NCBI GenBank assembly: GCA_029974275.1
Contig: JARKSN010000276.1
Span: 16,009-80,008 of the forward strand
Length of the DNA stretch: 64,000 nt
DNA from: Candidatus Hydrogenedentota bacterium
Lineage (GTDB): Bacteria > Hydrogenedentota > Hydrogenedentia > Hydrogenedentales > SLHB01
Reading direction: 5' to 3'
Positions 40,123 through 50,195 of the stretch are shown piece after piece. Below the pieces are notes generated by a model. That model ran no database searches and was not told where the DNA came from. It saw only the letters and a program-made list of their open reading frames with translations. The translations under genes and the position numbers were made by a program. The first letter of the stretch is position 1, and the number at the start of each line of letters is the position of its first letter.

Positions 40123-41736
40123 TCATCGATGGCGCTGCCGGTGCAGGGACAGCGGCTCGAGGAGGAAAGGGTACACAGGGAGCGAGGCGATGGCGATGAG
40201 CACAAGCGCACTAGCAAGGAGCAAGGCAACGTCGGCATGCCGCGAACCAGACAGGAAGGGCGCGTAGCGCGCCGCAACAAACGCCAATCCGGCCCAGAGC
40301 GCGCAATACAGCCCCACGCTCGTGCGCGAGCATAAGCCCCGCCGCACGCCTGCACGGGCAAGGAACAAGAGACCGGCTGTTGGCACGCAAAAAATCACGC
40401 ACGCCAGCGAAAGCCCGATGACGGAAACGATGGGCGGGTAGTCTATTGTTATCCCGACAATCGCCATTGGCAAGCCAATCGTAGCCGCGGCGATAACGAA
40501 GGCGCCGCTCGACATCAATGCCCAGCAGCCACATACGTATGCGAACGCAAGCGCCATCACGGACATTGCATACATGAGGGCGAGGTCCTGCAACCAATAG
40601 TGTATGGAGGGCCCCTTGACCCCGACGGCCGCGCCAATCAGGTGAAGCAGAAGCACGTACACCGCCACTGCCGCAACCAAAACGCCTATGCTCACGAGTA
40701 AGGCTTTGGCCGCTGCAAGGAGCCGTATACGGGCAAGCGTTCGCGTGGGGATGGGACGCGTGAAGACAAAGACGTTTTGGGCCGAGGGGCGAATCCATTT
40801 TTCCTGGACACTGAGCGCGCTCCAGACGAATAGGGCCGTGGGCAATCCCCAAATAGCCCCGAGGAAAACCCCCATGAACGACATGACCTGCAGCAGGCTG
40901 GACGGCTCTACTCCGGCGATGGTTCCGAATGCGGGCGCCACCAGCAAGGCAAAGAAGCCGAAAAAGAGCAGCGTGATCTTCGGCAACCAACCATAGCGCG
41001 TGCGCCACTCGTACCAGCCTTGCGCATGTTCCGGCGAAGCGAAAGCCATGGGCGCGCGGAACAGGGACAGGTTGATCTCCTTCGACTGAAGACGACGTCC
41101 GCTCCGTTCACGCAGTACGGCGGGTAGGCCGATCAAATAGCCCGCGAGAACCGCGCACAGCATCATCGCAAGCTGCTGCGGCGCGGACGCTTCGGCAAAC
41201 CCTACAACAATTCCAGCGACAACCTCGCGCACAAAAGGAAATGGCGCGCACACGACCATGACAACCGCCGCCGCCACGGCCCCGTTGCGCCACCACGCAA
41301 TGCCCTGGACCAACGCGAACAACGACGTGAACACGAACGGCGATAGAAGCCACGATGTTGTAGCATTAGCGTGCCGATCAACAGCAAAGGCGACGCCAAC
41401 CGTCAAAAATAGGGCAAGCGCGACGATGGCGACGCGGCCAAGATATTCGATCGCGGCCAGGCGGGCCGTGCGTAGCGGCAGTGCAAATAACGCCCACGGA
41501 AACGCAAGGGATCGTTCCCCAACGTCCGCGCCGTTGGACAAGGTCATCGCCATCAATACCAGCATGCTCATGACCAGCGCAACGCCCGTAAAACCGCCGT
41601 ATTCGTGATACTTGATCCAGGAATGAACGGCACATTCGCAAACAAACACGGCGGGCGTCCCCATAACGACCGCCAAGAACGGCCACCGCAACATCCGCCA
41701 TTGCCGCCAGAGAAGCGCTTGAGTCGGTGTACGCAT
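40123..41736 (-). CDS. Polytopic membrane protein, probable ABC exporter permease (two repeats)
   Basis: ALLWRQWR...LFALPLRTARLA, repeated as WYEWR...FTRPIPTRTLA; downstream of ABC ATPase. Confidence 0.7.
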   Translation of the reverse strand: MRTPTQALLWRQWRMLRWPFLAVVMGTPAVFVCECAVHSWIKYHEYGGFTGVALVMSMLVLMAMTLSNGADVGERSLAFPWALFALPLRTARLAAIEYLGRVAIVALALFLTVGVAFAVDRHANATTSWLLSPFVFTSLFALVQGIAWWRNGAVAAAVVMVVCAPFPFVREVVAGIVVGFAEASAPQQLAMMLCAVLAGYLIGLPAVLRERSGRRLQSKEINLSLFRAPMAFASPEHAQGWYEWRTRYGWLPKITLLFFGFFALLVAPAFGTIAGVEPSSLLQVMSFMGVFLGAIWGLPTALFVWSALSVQEKWIRPSAQNVFVFTRPIPTRTLARIRLLAAAKALLVSIGVLVAAVAVYVLLLHLIGAAVGVKGPSIHYWLQDLALMYAMSVMALAFAYVCGCWALMSSGAFVIAAATIGLPMAIVGITIDYPPIVSVIGLSLACVIFCVPTAGLLFLARAGVRRGLCSRTSVGLYCALWAGLAFVAARYAPFLSGSRHADVALLLASALVLIAIASLPVYPFLLEPLSLHRQRHR

Positions 41737-41790
41737 GTCAACCTCCTACGTATTCAAAGCCTGTGTTCGGCATCTTGGACCCATGTGTCC

Positions 41791-41875
41791 TTGTAGCGCC
41801 CGGTCTCCGTGCCGGGCGCCTTGCGCATCCGATACAAAGACCAAGACCGCCCGGCACGGAGACCGGGCGCTACAA
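41791..41875. repeat. Inverted doublet of GTAG-type REP sequences (REPIN-like)
   Basis: ttGTAGcgcccggtctccgtgccgggcg (41791-41818) and its exact reverse complement (41848-41875); each has an internal palindrome cgcccgg...ccgggcg; 29-bp spacer. Confidence 0.8.
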
Positions 41876-41930
41876 AGAAGGTCTTCGCGCGGTTGTATGG
41901 TCCGCTCATTATGGTTGCGCTGCGCATGGG

Positions 41931-42848
41931 CTACGCACCCTTCTTCCCGCCACGCACGTGGGCGACAAAAATATCCTCCAGGGTTGCGGCGTTGTCTTCG
42001 ACGATCTCGGCGTTCAGTTGCGTCACGGCTTGGCGGAACTCCTCGGTCTTGCCGTTGCAGATGGCGGTCCATTCGCGGCCGTCGCCCATCGGCGCGATAT
42101 CGTCCCAAAGCAGTACGCCGGGCAGTTGGGGCGGTTCGTTGGCGGACGTCGCGAGGCGCACGGTGACGCGCCGGTGCTGGCGCTGCAACTCGTCGAGCGG
42201 CGCGCACAATACGATGCGACCCTCGTGCACCATCGCGACGTGATCGACCATGCGTTCCACTTCATCGAGCAGGTGCGACGATAGCAGCACGGTGCGGCCT
42301 TCGTTCACGACGCCGCGAATGATCGTCGTCAGAATGTTGCGCCGCACCACCGGGTCAAGTCCCGACGACGGTTCGTCGAGCAGCAGCAATTCCGGCCTAT
42401 ACGCGAGCGCGATCAGCAGCGCTGCCTGGGCGCGTTGACCACGGCTCAGGTTCTTCACGCGCGCGGTCGGGTCGAGTTTGAAGGCGTGAAGCAGTTCGGC
42501 GGCGTATGCGTCGTCCCACTTTGGATAGAATGCGCGCGTGTAGGCAATCAGCTCACTGACCCTCATCCAGCCCGGTATCTCGCGGTTTTCAGACAAATAT
42601 CCGATGCGATTCCGCGTTTGTTCCGGCGCCTGGACGGGGTCGATGCCGACTGCGCGCACCGTGCCCGCGTCGGGCTTGAGCAGGCCGAGCAGGTGTTTAA
42701 TGATCGTGGTCTTGCCTGCGCCGTTTTCGCCGACAAGTCCCATCACGATGCCCTTGGGCACGCGGAGGCTGACGCCGTCGAGCGCTTGCGTTTTCCCAAA
42801 CTTTCGCGATAGGCCGTTGACTTCGATCGGGTGGACGGACTCACTCAT
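41931..42848 (-). CDS. ABC transporter ATP-binding protein (YtrB-like)
   Basis: GENGAGKTT, LSRGQ, LLLLDEP, SSH. Confidence 0.95.
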   Translation of the reverse strand: MSESVHPIEVNGLSRKFGKTQALDGVSLRVPKGIVMGLVGENGAGKTTIIKHLLGLLKPDAGTVRAVGIDPVQAPEQTRNRIGYLSENREIPGWMRVSELIAYTRAFYPKWDDAYAAELLHAFKLDPTARVKNLSRGQRAQAALLIALAYRPELLLLDEPSSGLDPVVRRNILTTIIRGVVNEGRTVLLSSHLLDEVERMVDHVAMVHEGRIVLCAPLDELQRQHRRVTVRLATSANEPPQLPGVLLWDDIAPMGDGREWTAICNGKTEEFRQAVTQLNAEIVEDNAATLEDIFVAHVRGGKKGA

Positions 42849-43245
42849 GGTTCGTGTCTCCTTGGCCCATGCCCAGGGCCTTCGCGCGGTCCCGCACCGC
42901 ATCCAACGCTTGCTCCAACCCAAACCCTAACTGCCGCGCCGCAACCAGCAGCGCGTCCGCATGTTCTGACAGGATTCGCACGCGTTCGCGCCGGGCCAAT
43001 GGCGATCCGCGTTCCGACACGTAGGTCCCCGCGCCGCGCCGCGTCGTCAACAGCCCTTCGCCTTCCAGATCGCGGTAAGCCCGCGCGACGGTATTGGGGT
43101 TGATGACGAGTTGCTCCGCGAGCACCCGGATCGGGAGGACCTCGTCGCCCGGTCTCAAGCTGCCCGACGCGATGAGGTACTTGATCTGGCTGATGAGCTG
43201 CAGATAAAGCGGCATGCCGTTTTGTGGAGATATTCGCAGTCGCAT
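42841..43245 (-). CDS. GntR-family regulator, YtrA subfamily
   Basis: PLYLQL, IRVLAEQLVINPNTVARAYRDLE, RGAGTYV; short C-terminus; heads ABC operon. Confidence 0.93.
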   Translation of the reverse strand: MRLRISPQNGMPLYLQLISQIKYLIASGSLRPGDEVLPIRVLAEQLVINPNTVARAYRDLEGEGLLTTRRGAGTYVSERGSPLARRERVRILSEHADALLVAARQLGFGLEQALDAVRDRAKALGMGQGDTNHE

Positions 43246-43267
43246 ACGCGCCTCCTTCGTTGAGAGT

Positions 43268-43307
43268 ATTGTATTAACATTTTAATACAATTTGGGCCGC
43301 GTGTCAA
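43268..43307 (-). promoter_or_regulatory. Sigma70 promoter overlapped by palindromic GntR/YtrA operator
   Basis: Minus strand TTGACA-N17-TAAAAT; perfect 10-bp inverted repeat ATTGTATTAA-catt-TTAATACAAT (43268-43291) covers the -10. Confidence 0.85.
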
Positions 43308-43393
43308 GCGGCCTTTGGAAAGGTCGCCTTCTCCAGCGATCCGGGTCGCGTGAACCGCTGAGGCCGGGGCGTTGGAAGTTCCTCGGGGCGCGG

Positions 43394-44104
43394 TCAGACG
43401 ATCGCCAGGAAGACGATGAGTTCGAGTTCGATGATGAGGTGCGCCGTAAAAGGCAGGAGAGCGTTGCGGCGGGCGATGGCCCAAGGGGTCAGCGCCAAGC
43501 TGAATGCCAACATGGCGAGCGTCTCGGGCCAGGGCTTTTGGAGGTGGTAGATGGTTTCGCTGACGGGAATGATCAGCCAACCCCAACGCGGCAAAACGGC
43601 CAATGCGCGTCGCGCCATCCAATAGCGATGCATGAATTCCCAGCCTGCAAGCCAGGAGAGAGTCCACAACAATGTCGAACCTGCCAGGAGCAGGCGATCG
43701 CTCAAGGGGAACTGGCCCCAACTCGGATAGATGGCGCGCAGGCCGGGCGTCACGGCTACAACCATCATCGCGGCGATGCCGCCGACCAGCGCCACGCCCA
43801 ACACGATGAAGTCGACGCGTCGCCAACCGTGGAACGTGAACCACGACCGGTCGAGATCTCTCGCGCAAAAAAGAAGCGGCAGGAGAAACCAGGCAATGAA
43901 CTTAAAGAGGTCGAACCTGCCAATGTGCCACCGAAACGCCTGCCATTCGACGAGAAAATGCACGTGCCAAGCGGCCAGCGTGTCGATCGCCAATACAACC
44001 GCTACGTAGACCGCGGCGAACATGAAGGATGCAAGGGGGGCATGGATCGTCTTGGCGATCGCTGCGCCGGCGGGCTCTGGGGGGAGGTCGTTCATGCGCT
44101 TCAC
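43394..44104 (-). CDS. CPBP (Abi/CAAX protease) family intramembrane protein
   Basis: Multiple TM segments; WEFMHRY, HLQKPWPE, AHLIIE; GTG start overlaps nth stop (ATG 44095 alternative). Confidence 0.7.
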   Translation of the reverse strand: MKRMNDLPPEPAGAAIAKTIHAPLASFMFAAVYVAVVLAIDTLAAWHVHFLVEWQAFRWHIGRFDLFKFIAWFLLPLLFCARDLDRSWFTFHGWRRVDFIVLGVALVGGIAAMMVVAVTPGLRAIYPSWGQFPLSDRLLLAGSTLLWTLSWLAGWEFMHRYWMARRALAVLPRWGWLIIPVSETIYHLQKPWPETLAMLAFSLALTPWAIARRNALLPFTAHLIIELELIVFLAIV

Positions 44105-44778
44105 TTCCCGATTCTCTTGCCTTCTTTTGTCTCGGGAAAGGGGCACAACTCACGCACGGGACACTGCGAACATTGGGGGGCGCGCGCGGTGCACAGGTCG
44201 CGTCCGTGAAAAACGGTCAGATGCGACCATAGACTCCATTTCTCTTGCGGCCATATCTTCATCAGGTCTAGCTCAATCTTTTTCGGGTCTTTGCTTTTTG
44301 TAAATCCGAGCCGTCGCGTGATGCGCATGCAATGCGTATCCACTACGACTCCCGGCGTGTTGAAACAGGCGCCGAGGAGAACGTTGGCTGTCTTGCGGCC
44401 CACGCCGTCGAGCTGCAGCAGTTCGTCCATGGTCTGCGGGACTTTGCCGCCGAATCTCTCGAGGATAGTCGCGCAGGCGCCGCGGATGTTTTTCGCTTTC
44501 ATCCGGTAGAATCCACAACGACGAATAACCTCTTCGAGCGCGCCTTCCGGCGCGCGGACATAGTCCTCCGGCGTGAGGTATTTGCGGAATAACGCGGGCG
44601 TGACTTGGTTCACGCGCGCGTCGGTGCACTGCGCGGCGAGGATTGTCGCGACAAGCAGTTGAAGCGGATCGCGATGGTCCAACGAGCATTGCGCGCCGGG
44701 ATAGCGCGCCACGAGTCGCATGAAGACCTCGGCGGCGCGCGTTTGGGCCGCCGTCAAGGCCGGCGGAGTTTTTGCCAT
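44101..44778 (-). CDS. nth: Endonuclease III
   Basis: LLVATILAAQCTDARVN, LDGVGRKTANV, VDTH, C-x6-C-x2-C-x5-C cluster. Confidence 0.96.
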   Translation of the reverse strand: MAKTPPALTAAQTRAAEVFMRLVARYPGAQCSLDHRDPLQLLVATILAAQCTDARVNQVTPALFRKYLTPEDYVRAPEGALEEVIRRCGFYRMKAKNIRGACATILERFGGKVPQTMDELLQLDGVGRKTANVLLGACFNTPGVVVDTHCMRITRRLGFTKSKDPKKIELDLMKIWPQEKWSLWSHLTVFHGRDLCTARAPQCSQCPVRELCPFPETKEGKRIGK

Positions 44779-44903
44779 TTCATGCGTTCCTTTGTCGGAG
44801 GCCGATTTGGTGCAAGGGATTGCGCGCGCGCCGAGGGACATTGCGCCGCCTCGGACTTTTCAGGCGCGGCGCCAAGGCTCGATGTCTCCTTTTTGCGTGA
44901 CGG

Positions 44904-45581
44904 TCACGCGCCGCCTTCGCGGACGACGTATTCAACGGCGCATTGGATAAGTTGGCTGGCGCTATCCAGGTTGAGTTTCTTTTTGATGCGTTCGCGGTAA
45001 GTGGCGACGGTTTTGAATCCGACGTTGAGCGCCTCGGCGATCTGGCGCGTTTCGGCTCCGCGGCCAATCATGCGGAACACTTCGAGTTCGCGGTCGCTCA
45101 GGGTTTCGACGAGGGCGACGGGATGGCTGCGTTGGGAGTCGGTGACGATGTTGAGGAGCCGCTCGGTCATTTTCTCGCTGACATACACGCCGCCGTCGAG
45201 AACGCGTCGGATGGCATGCACCATTTTTTCGTCAGCTTCTTGTTTCATGATGTAGCCGCGGGCGCCTGCGTGAAGAGCGCGTTCGGCGTAGAGGATTTCG
45301 TCGTGCATGGATACGACCAGCATGGATAGGGTGGGAAATTGCCCCCGGAGTTGTTTGATGAGGTCGATGCCGCTCGAAGTTTTGAGGGTGATGTCGATGA
45401 TGGCTAGGTCCGGGCTGGCAGCTGCAATCACGTCGATCGCTTGGGGGGCGTCTTCGGCCTCGCCGCAGACTTCCATGTCGGGCTCGTCTTCGATGAGATA
45501 GATGAACCCCCGCCGGACAATCGAGTGATCGTCCACCACGACAATGCGTTTTTTCTTGTTCTGGGCATCTTGTGTCGTCAC
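44904..45581 (-). CDS. NarL/FixJ-family response regulator
   Basis: VVDDH, IIDI, SMH, GYIMK; LuxR HTH LSDRELEVF...KTVATYRERI. Confidence 0.95.
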   Translation of the reverse strand: MTTQDAQNKKKRIVVVDDHSIVRRGFIYLIEDEPDMEVCGEAEDAPQAIDVIAAASPDLAIIDITLKTSSGIDLIKQLRGQFPTLSMLVVSMHDEILYAERALHAGARGYIMKQEADEKMVHAIRRVLDGGVYVSEKMTERLLNIVTDSQRSHPVALVETLSDRELEVFRMIGRGAETRQIAEALNVGFKTVATYRERIKKKLNLDSASQLIQCAVEYVVREGGA

Positions 45582-47170
45582 GGTCTTTCGCTGTCCTTTG
45601 ATTCGGAGTCCCTGTCTGATTTGGCGCTGGGCCACACGCACACCACCGCGGCGCCGCCTTCCGCTCCCGCTCGGAACTTGATTGCTCCGTTGATGATACG
45701 AGCGCGGTGTTTCATGATGCCGAGTCCCAATCCTTTGGCGCGTTCGGATCCGGCCTGCATGCCGACGCCGTTGTCTTCGACGGTCAATACCAGGCGGCCG
45801 GCTTCCGTCGCGAGGCTGACCTTGATGCGGGTCGGATCAGCGTGCTTCACGGCGTTGGTCACCGCTTCCTGCGCGATGCGGTAGAGATGCTCGGCCACCG
45901 CGTCCTCGGTAATGACGACGTCAGTATCATACGCAAATGAACATGGGATGCCAAACAATTCTTGGGTGCTGTCGGCCAATTCCTTCAGGGCGGTTTGGAG
46001 GCCCATGGCCTCGAGGGCGACGGGGCGCAGCCCTTTGGCCAGGGAACGGGTCTTGACGATCGATTCCTTGAGCATGCGCGTCATTTCTTCCGCTTCTTGG
46101 GCGAAACGGGAGTTTTCGGCCCCAAGCTTTTTGGCCATCCCGCGCGCAAAACACAGCATTCCGGTCAATTCCTGGCCGAGGCCATCGTGCAGATCCCGGG
46201 CGATGCGCCGTTGTTCGCGGGCGCTGGCCTCGAGCATTTCGCGTTCCAGTTTGCGGCGCGCGGTGAGGTCGCGCAGGATCACAAGCGCTTCGTTGTGCTT
46301 TCCGGGAATAACCCTCACTTCGACGTCCAGAAGGTCGGACGCCATCTTGGCTTGGTACTCAAAGAGCTGCGGTCCGCGGCGTTCCAGGGCATACGCCACG
46401 CCGCGCAGCAGATCAGGGTCGTCTTCAAAAGGTTGTCTACGAAAGGAATTGCGACGTATTTCCGAGGGGGTTCCGGAGCGGGAAAGCCTGTTTTTTTTGA
46501 GGGGATAACGGCTTAGCGCGCCGTTTTTGTGCATCAGCAGAACAAGGTCGGGGATGGCTCCGAGCAGGGCGCTTTGCCGGTTTTCGGCCTGTCGCAGAGC
46601 CTCCTCGGTGGTTTGGCGTTCGTGTGCCTCGCGAACAAGCTGCGTCAGCTCTCTGTCGGTTTGGGACTGTGTCCGTCGCAATTCCGCCAACGACCAGATC
46701 GCCGCGGTGGCGGCGAAAAGCCAACTGCTCGCCAGCAACGCATACGCGAGAAACGAAATGGAATGGCCCGTCGCCGCTTCATGCACGCTTAGGGAAGCCA
46801 ATGCCGCGACGCAGCATAATCCGGCGGAAGCGGCGAAGCATAGGGCGGCGCGGCGCGGCGTCAAATGCCGCAACGATAGATATCCGAGGGCTGTTCCGCA
46901 CGCGATGGCGAGACAGGCGATGAGGCTGAGGAGAATCGGCGGCAGGGAGAGGGAAAATTGGGCTGTGGCGGATATCGCTGCCACGACTCCAATCAGAACG
47001 AGGAATGACGCAGGACGCGGAGCGCTTGAATTCAGAACGCGCGCGTCGGGATCGTGTGGCATGCACGGGGTTGGGGTTGGGGTTGGTCTGGCATGGGGCG
47101 CGTCGGTCGGAAGCGTCATGCTGTGGCATTCGCGGGAATCTGTCGCGTGCGCCGGCGTTTCTGAGGACAT
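45578..47170 (-). CDS. Membrane sensor histidine kinase (HisKA_3 type) with PAS
   Basis: N-terminal TM helices; RIARDLHDGLGQELT; RIAQEAVTNAVKH; DNGVG; overlaps regulator start. Confidence 0.92.
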   Translation of the reverse strand: MSSETPAHATDSRECHSMTLPTDAPHARPTPTPTPCMPHDPDARVLNSSAPRPASFLVLIGVVAAISATAQFSLSLPPILLSLIACLAIACGTALGYLSLRHLTPRRAALCFAASAGLCCVAALASLSVHEAATGHSISFLAYALLASSWLFAATAAIWSLAELRRTQSQTDRELTQLVREAHERQTTEEALRQAENRQSALLGAIPDLVLLMHKNGALSRYPLKKNRLSRSGTPSEIRRNSFRRQPFEDDPDLLRGVAYALERRGPQLFEYQAKMASDLLDVEVRVIPGKHNEALVILRDLTARRKLEREMLEASAREQRRIARDLHDGLGQELTGMLCFARGMAKKLGAENSRFAQEAEEMTRMLKESIVKTRSLAKGLRPVALEAMGLQTALKELADSTQELFGIPCSFAYDTDVVITEDAVAEHLYRIAQEAVTNAVKHADPTRIKVSLATEAGRLVLTVEDNGVGMQAGSERAKGLGLGIMKHRARIINGAIKFRAGAEGGAAVVCVWPSAKSDRDSESKDSERP

Positions 47171-47285
47171 GGTTCTCCACTTGCTCCGACGTCATGGCAT
47201 CAGTATTAAAGGGCAAGTATACCGGAGATATCGTCGAAAAAAAACGCGCGCGGGCCAAATTCCGGGAATGGCGGCACGACCGAAA

Positions 47286-49676
47286 TCAGCGCCGCCGCGG
47301 GGACGGCGCGGCGCTGATTTTTCGCCGGAGTCCCAGGGCGATGTCGAGCGCTTCTTCCATGCGACGCACGAAACGGAACGTCAGCTTGTTTTTGGCGGAA
47401 GCGGGGACGTCGTCGAGATCGCGTTCGCATTGCTGCGGCAAGATTACGGTGCGGATGCCGGCGCGCGCCGCCGCAAGCACTTTTTCTTTGATGCCGCCGA
47501 CGGGCAACACGAGCCCGCGCAACGTGATTTCGCCGGTCATGGCCACTCGCGGCTTCACTTTTTTTCCCGTCAGGAGGGAGGTGACGGCAGCGAGGATCGC
47601 CACGCCCGCACTGGGGCCATCTTTGGGGACGGCGCCTGCCGGAACGTGGATGTGGATATCGAACGTTGAGAAATCTTCGTCCGGGATGCCCAAAAGACGT
47701 GCGTTGGCGCGAACATAGCTCATAACGGCTTGGGCCGATTCCTTCATGACATCCCCCAGTTGTCCGGTCAACATAAGACCGCCCTTGCCCGGTACGCGGG
47801 TGGCCTCGATGAAGAGGATATCGCCGCCCGTCACGGTCCAGGCCAATCCCGTGGCGACGCCGGGCACGCTTGCGCGTTCGGCCGCTTCATGGAATACGCG
47901 TTCGCGCCCCAGATAGACGGAGAGGTTTTCAGGCGTGATGATGACGGCCGTCTTCTGTCCGTCGGCGAAGAGACGGGCGCATCCGCGGCATACGTTCGCG
48001 ATCTCGCGGTCGAGATTGCGAACGCCTGCTTCCTGGGTGTAGGAGGAGATGATTTTTCGCACGGCTGCTTGCGCGATTTTCAGATTTCTGGAAGGAATGC
48101 CGTGGGCGTGAATTTGCTTGGGAATGAGGTATTTCCTGGCGATATGGAGTTTTTCCTCGGCGGTATAGCCAGGAATTTCGATGATTTCCATGCGATCGCG
48201 CAAGGCCCAGGGAATCGTGTCGAGCATGTTGGCGGTGGCGATGAACATTGTGCGCGATAGGTCGAATGGGACGTTCAAGTAGAGATCCGCAAACACGTGG
48301 TTCTGCGCCGGATCGAGCACTTCGAGGAGGGCGGACGACGGGTCGCCGCGAAAATCCGATCCGACTTTGTCGATTTCATCCAGCATGAAGACGGGGTTGT
48401 TCGATCGCGCTTTGCGGATGTGCTGCATGATGCGTCCCGGGAGCGCGCCGACGTAGGTCTTGCGATGACCGCGGATCTCGGCTTCATCGCGCATGCCCCC
48501 CAACGACATGTGCGCGAAGTTGCGTCCTAACGCCCGGGCGATGGACTGCCCCAGGGAAGTTTTGCCGACGCCGGGCGGGCCGACGAAGCAGAGAATGGGG
48601 CCGGTGGCGTCCGGCTTGAGTTTGCGCACGGCCAGGTATTCGAGGATGCGTCGCTTCACCTTGTCCAGGCCGTAGTGGTCTTCGTTGAGGATGGTCTCGG
48701 CGCGCGCGATGTCGAGTCGATCTTCCGTGGAAACATTCCAGGGCAGGTCCACGATCCAGTCGAGGTAGGTCGTAATGACATGGTATTCGGCGCTGCTTTC
48801 GTTCATTTGTTCGAGGCGATCGGCTTCGCGCAAGACTTCTCGCTTGACGTCTTCTTTTAGGGCAAGCGCTTCGATTTTCTCCCGGTAGCGCTTCGCCTCG
48901 GTCGGTCCTGGATCGCCTTCGCCGAGTTCGCGCTGAATGGCCTTCAATTGCTGTCGCAAGAAGAACTCGCGCTGGCCTTTGTCGATGGCGCTTTTGACGT
49001 CGTTCTGGATTTTGTCAGACAGTTCCATCAGTTCGACTTCGCGCGCGAGGATATAGGTCAAGCGTTCCAGACGGCGTTTGCGATCGACTTCCGATAGAAT
49101 GCGCTGCTTTTCGGGTATGGAGATGTTGAGGTTGCTCGCCACCAAGTCCGCCAGGAACCCAGGGTCCTCAATGTTGTCGATAACGGCTTGGGCGGCGTCG
49201 GGAATGCTGGGCGCGAGCGCAATCAGGCGCGACATTTGGTTCTTGACCGTTGTGGCGAGCGGGGCAATCGCGTCGGGATCGCCGGGTGTGTCCTCAAGGG
49301 GCTTCACCTGAACGATCCGGTAAGGTTCGCGCTGGATCAGCTTTTCGACGTGGCAGCGTTTGAGCGCCTGGATCAGGACGTTCGCGGAGTCGTCTGGCTG
49401 CCGTTGGAATTGCAGGATGCGCCCGATGACGCCGATTTCGAAGGCATTATCGAGGCCGTTGTTGTCGATCCGCGGGTCTCGCAGGGTCAGCAGGACGACG
49501 AATTTGTGTCCCATGACCGTTTCCTCGAGGAGGGTGACTTCCGTGGCGTTGCTTACGCTCATTGGCATCATGGCCATAGGGAAAACGACTTGATTCGGCA
49601 TCGTCAACAGGGGCAGGGCGGCAGGAAATTCAGCCGCCGGAGCAAGCGTGGCGTTGTCGGAATTGGATAGCGTCAT
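47286..49676 (-). CDS. lon: ATP-dependent protease La
   Basis: DHYGLDKVK, GPPGVGKTS, GHRKTYVGALPG, PKDGPSAG, GGIKEK. Confidence 0.97.
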   Translation of the reverse strand: MTLSNSDNATLAPAAEFPAALPLLTMPNQVVFPMAMMPMSVSNATEVTLLEETVMGHKFVVLLTLRDPRIDNNGLDNAFEIGVIGRILQFQRQPDDSANVLIQALKRCHVEKLIQREPYRIVQVKPLEDTPGDPDAIAPLATTVKNQMSRLIALAPSIPDAAQAVIDNIEDPGFLADLVASNLNISIPEKQRILSEVDRKRRLERLTYILAREVELMELSDKIQNDVKSAIDKGQREFFLRQQLKAIQRELGEGDPGPTEAKRYREKIEALALKEDVKREVLREADRLEQMNESSAEYHVITTYLDWIVDLPWNVSTEDRLDIARAETILNEDHYGLDKVKRRILEYLAVRKLKPDATGPILCFVGPPGVGKTSLGQSIARALGRNFAHMSLGGMRDEAEIRGHRKTYVGALPGRIMQHIRKARSNNPVFMLDEIDKVGSDFRGDPSSALLEVLDPAQNHVFADLYLNVPFDLSRTMFIATANMLDTIPWALRDRMEIIEIPGYTAEEKLHIARKYLIPKQIHAHGIPSRNLKIAQAAVRKIISSYTQEAGVRNLDREIANVCRGCARLFADGQKTAVIITPENLSVYLGRERVFHEAAERASVPGVATGLAWTVTGGDILFIEATRVPGKGGLMLTGQLGDVMKESAQAVMSYVRANARLLGIPDEDFSTFDIHIHVPAGAVPKDGPSAGVAILAAVTSLLTGKKVKPRVAMTGEITLRGLVLPVGGIKEKVLAAARAGIRTVILPQQCERDLDDVPASAKNKLTFRFVRRMEEALDIALGLRRKISAAPSPRRR

Positions 49677-50059
49677 TTGGGCCCTGCCTTGGGAATGCGG
49701 ACGTGCAGGTAGCCGTTTTCGTATTGCGCCTCGATGTGGTCGAGTGCGGCGCAGGGGGGCAGCTTGATAACGCGGGTGAAGTAGCCGTAGGGGATTTCGA
49801 TCTGGTGGACGTGTCGGGTCAGTTCGGGTATGTTCTTGGGGCGACTGCCCGATATCTTCAGTATCCCGCATTCAACCTGCACGCCGATTTGCTCTTTATC
49901 CACGCCGGGAAGTTCCGCAACGATAATCAAGCATTCGTCGGTCTCGAAGATGTCCACGGGCGGCTGCCAGGTTGCGGCGTGGGGCGGGTCGAAGGAGGGA
50001 CCATGGCTCAGGCCTCCCATGACTGAAAAAACTTGCGAGAAATAGTGCGAGTGAGGCAT
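49673..50059 (-). CDS. Hsp20/alpha-crystallin small heat shock protein
   Basis: WQPPVDIFET, AELPGV, EIPYGYFTRVI, AQYENGYLHVRIPK; stop overlaps lon start. Confidence 0.92.
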   Translation of the reverse strand: MPHSHYFSQVFSVMGGLSHGPSFDPPHAATWQPPVDIFETDECLIIVAELPGVDKEQIGVQVECGILKISGSRPKNIPELTRHVHQIEIPYGYFTRVIKLPPCAALDHIEAQYENGYLHVRIPKAGPK

Positions 50060-50105
50060 GCAATCTCCTTCGCGGCGCCCCCGCGAGGCGGCCATCGTTA
50101 CGAGC

Positions 50106-50154
50106 AGTATAGAGCGGGATGGCGATTGAAGCAACCCCCTCTCCTTTCTATAAT
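50106..50154. promoter_or_regulatory. Back-to-back sigma70 promoters with overlapping -35 elements
   Basis: Plus: TTGAAG(50126)-N17-TATAAT(50149). Minus: TTGCTT(50134)-N17-TATACT(50111). Confidence 0.6.
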
Positions 50155-50195
50155 GCCCGTGCAAGCGTTGCATAGCGCACTGCGGAGGAGAGGAC

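Noticed and set aside
47067..47086. (GGGGTT)3 repeat as G-quadruplex or telomere-like element
   Set aside because: Only three full units; explained as the Pro-Thr linker in the kinase N-terminus.
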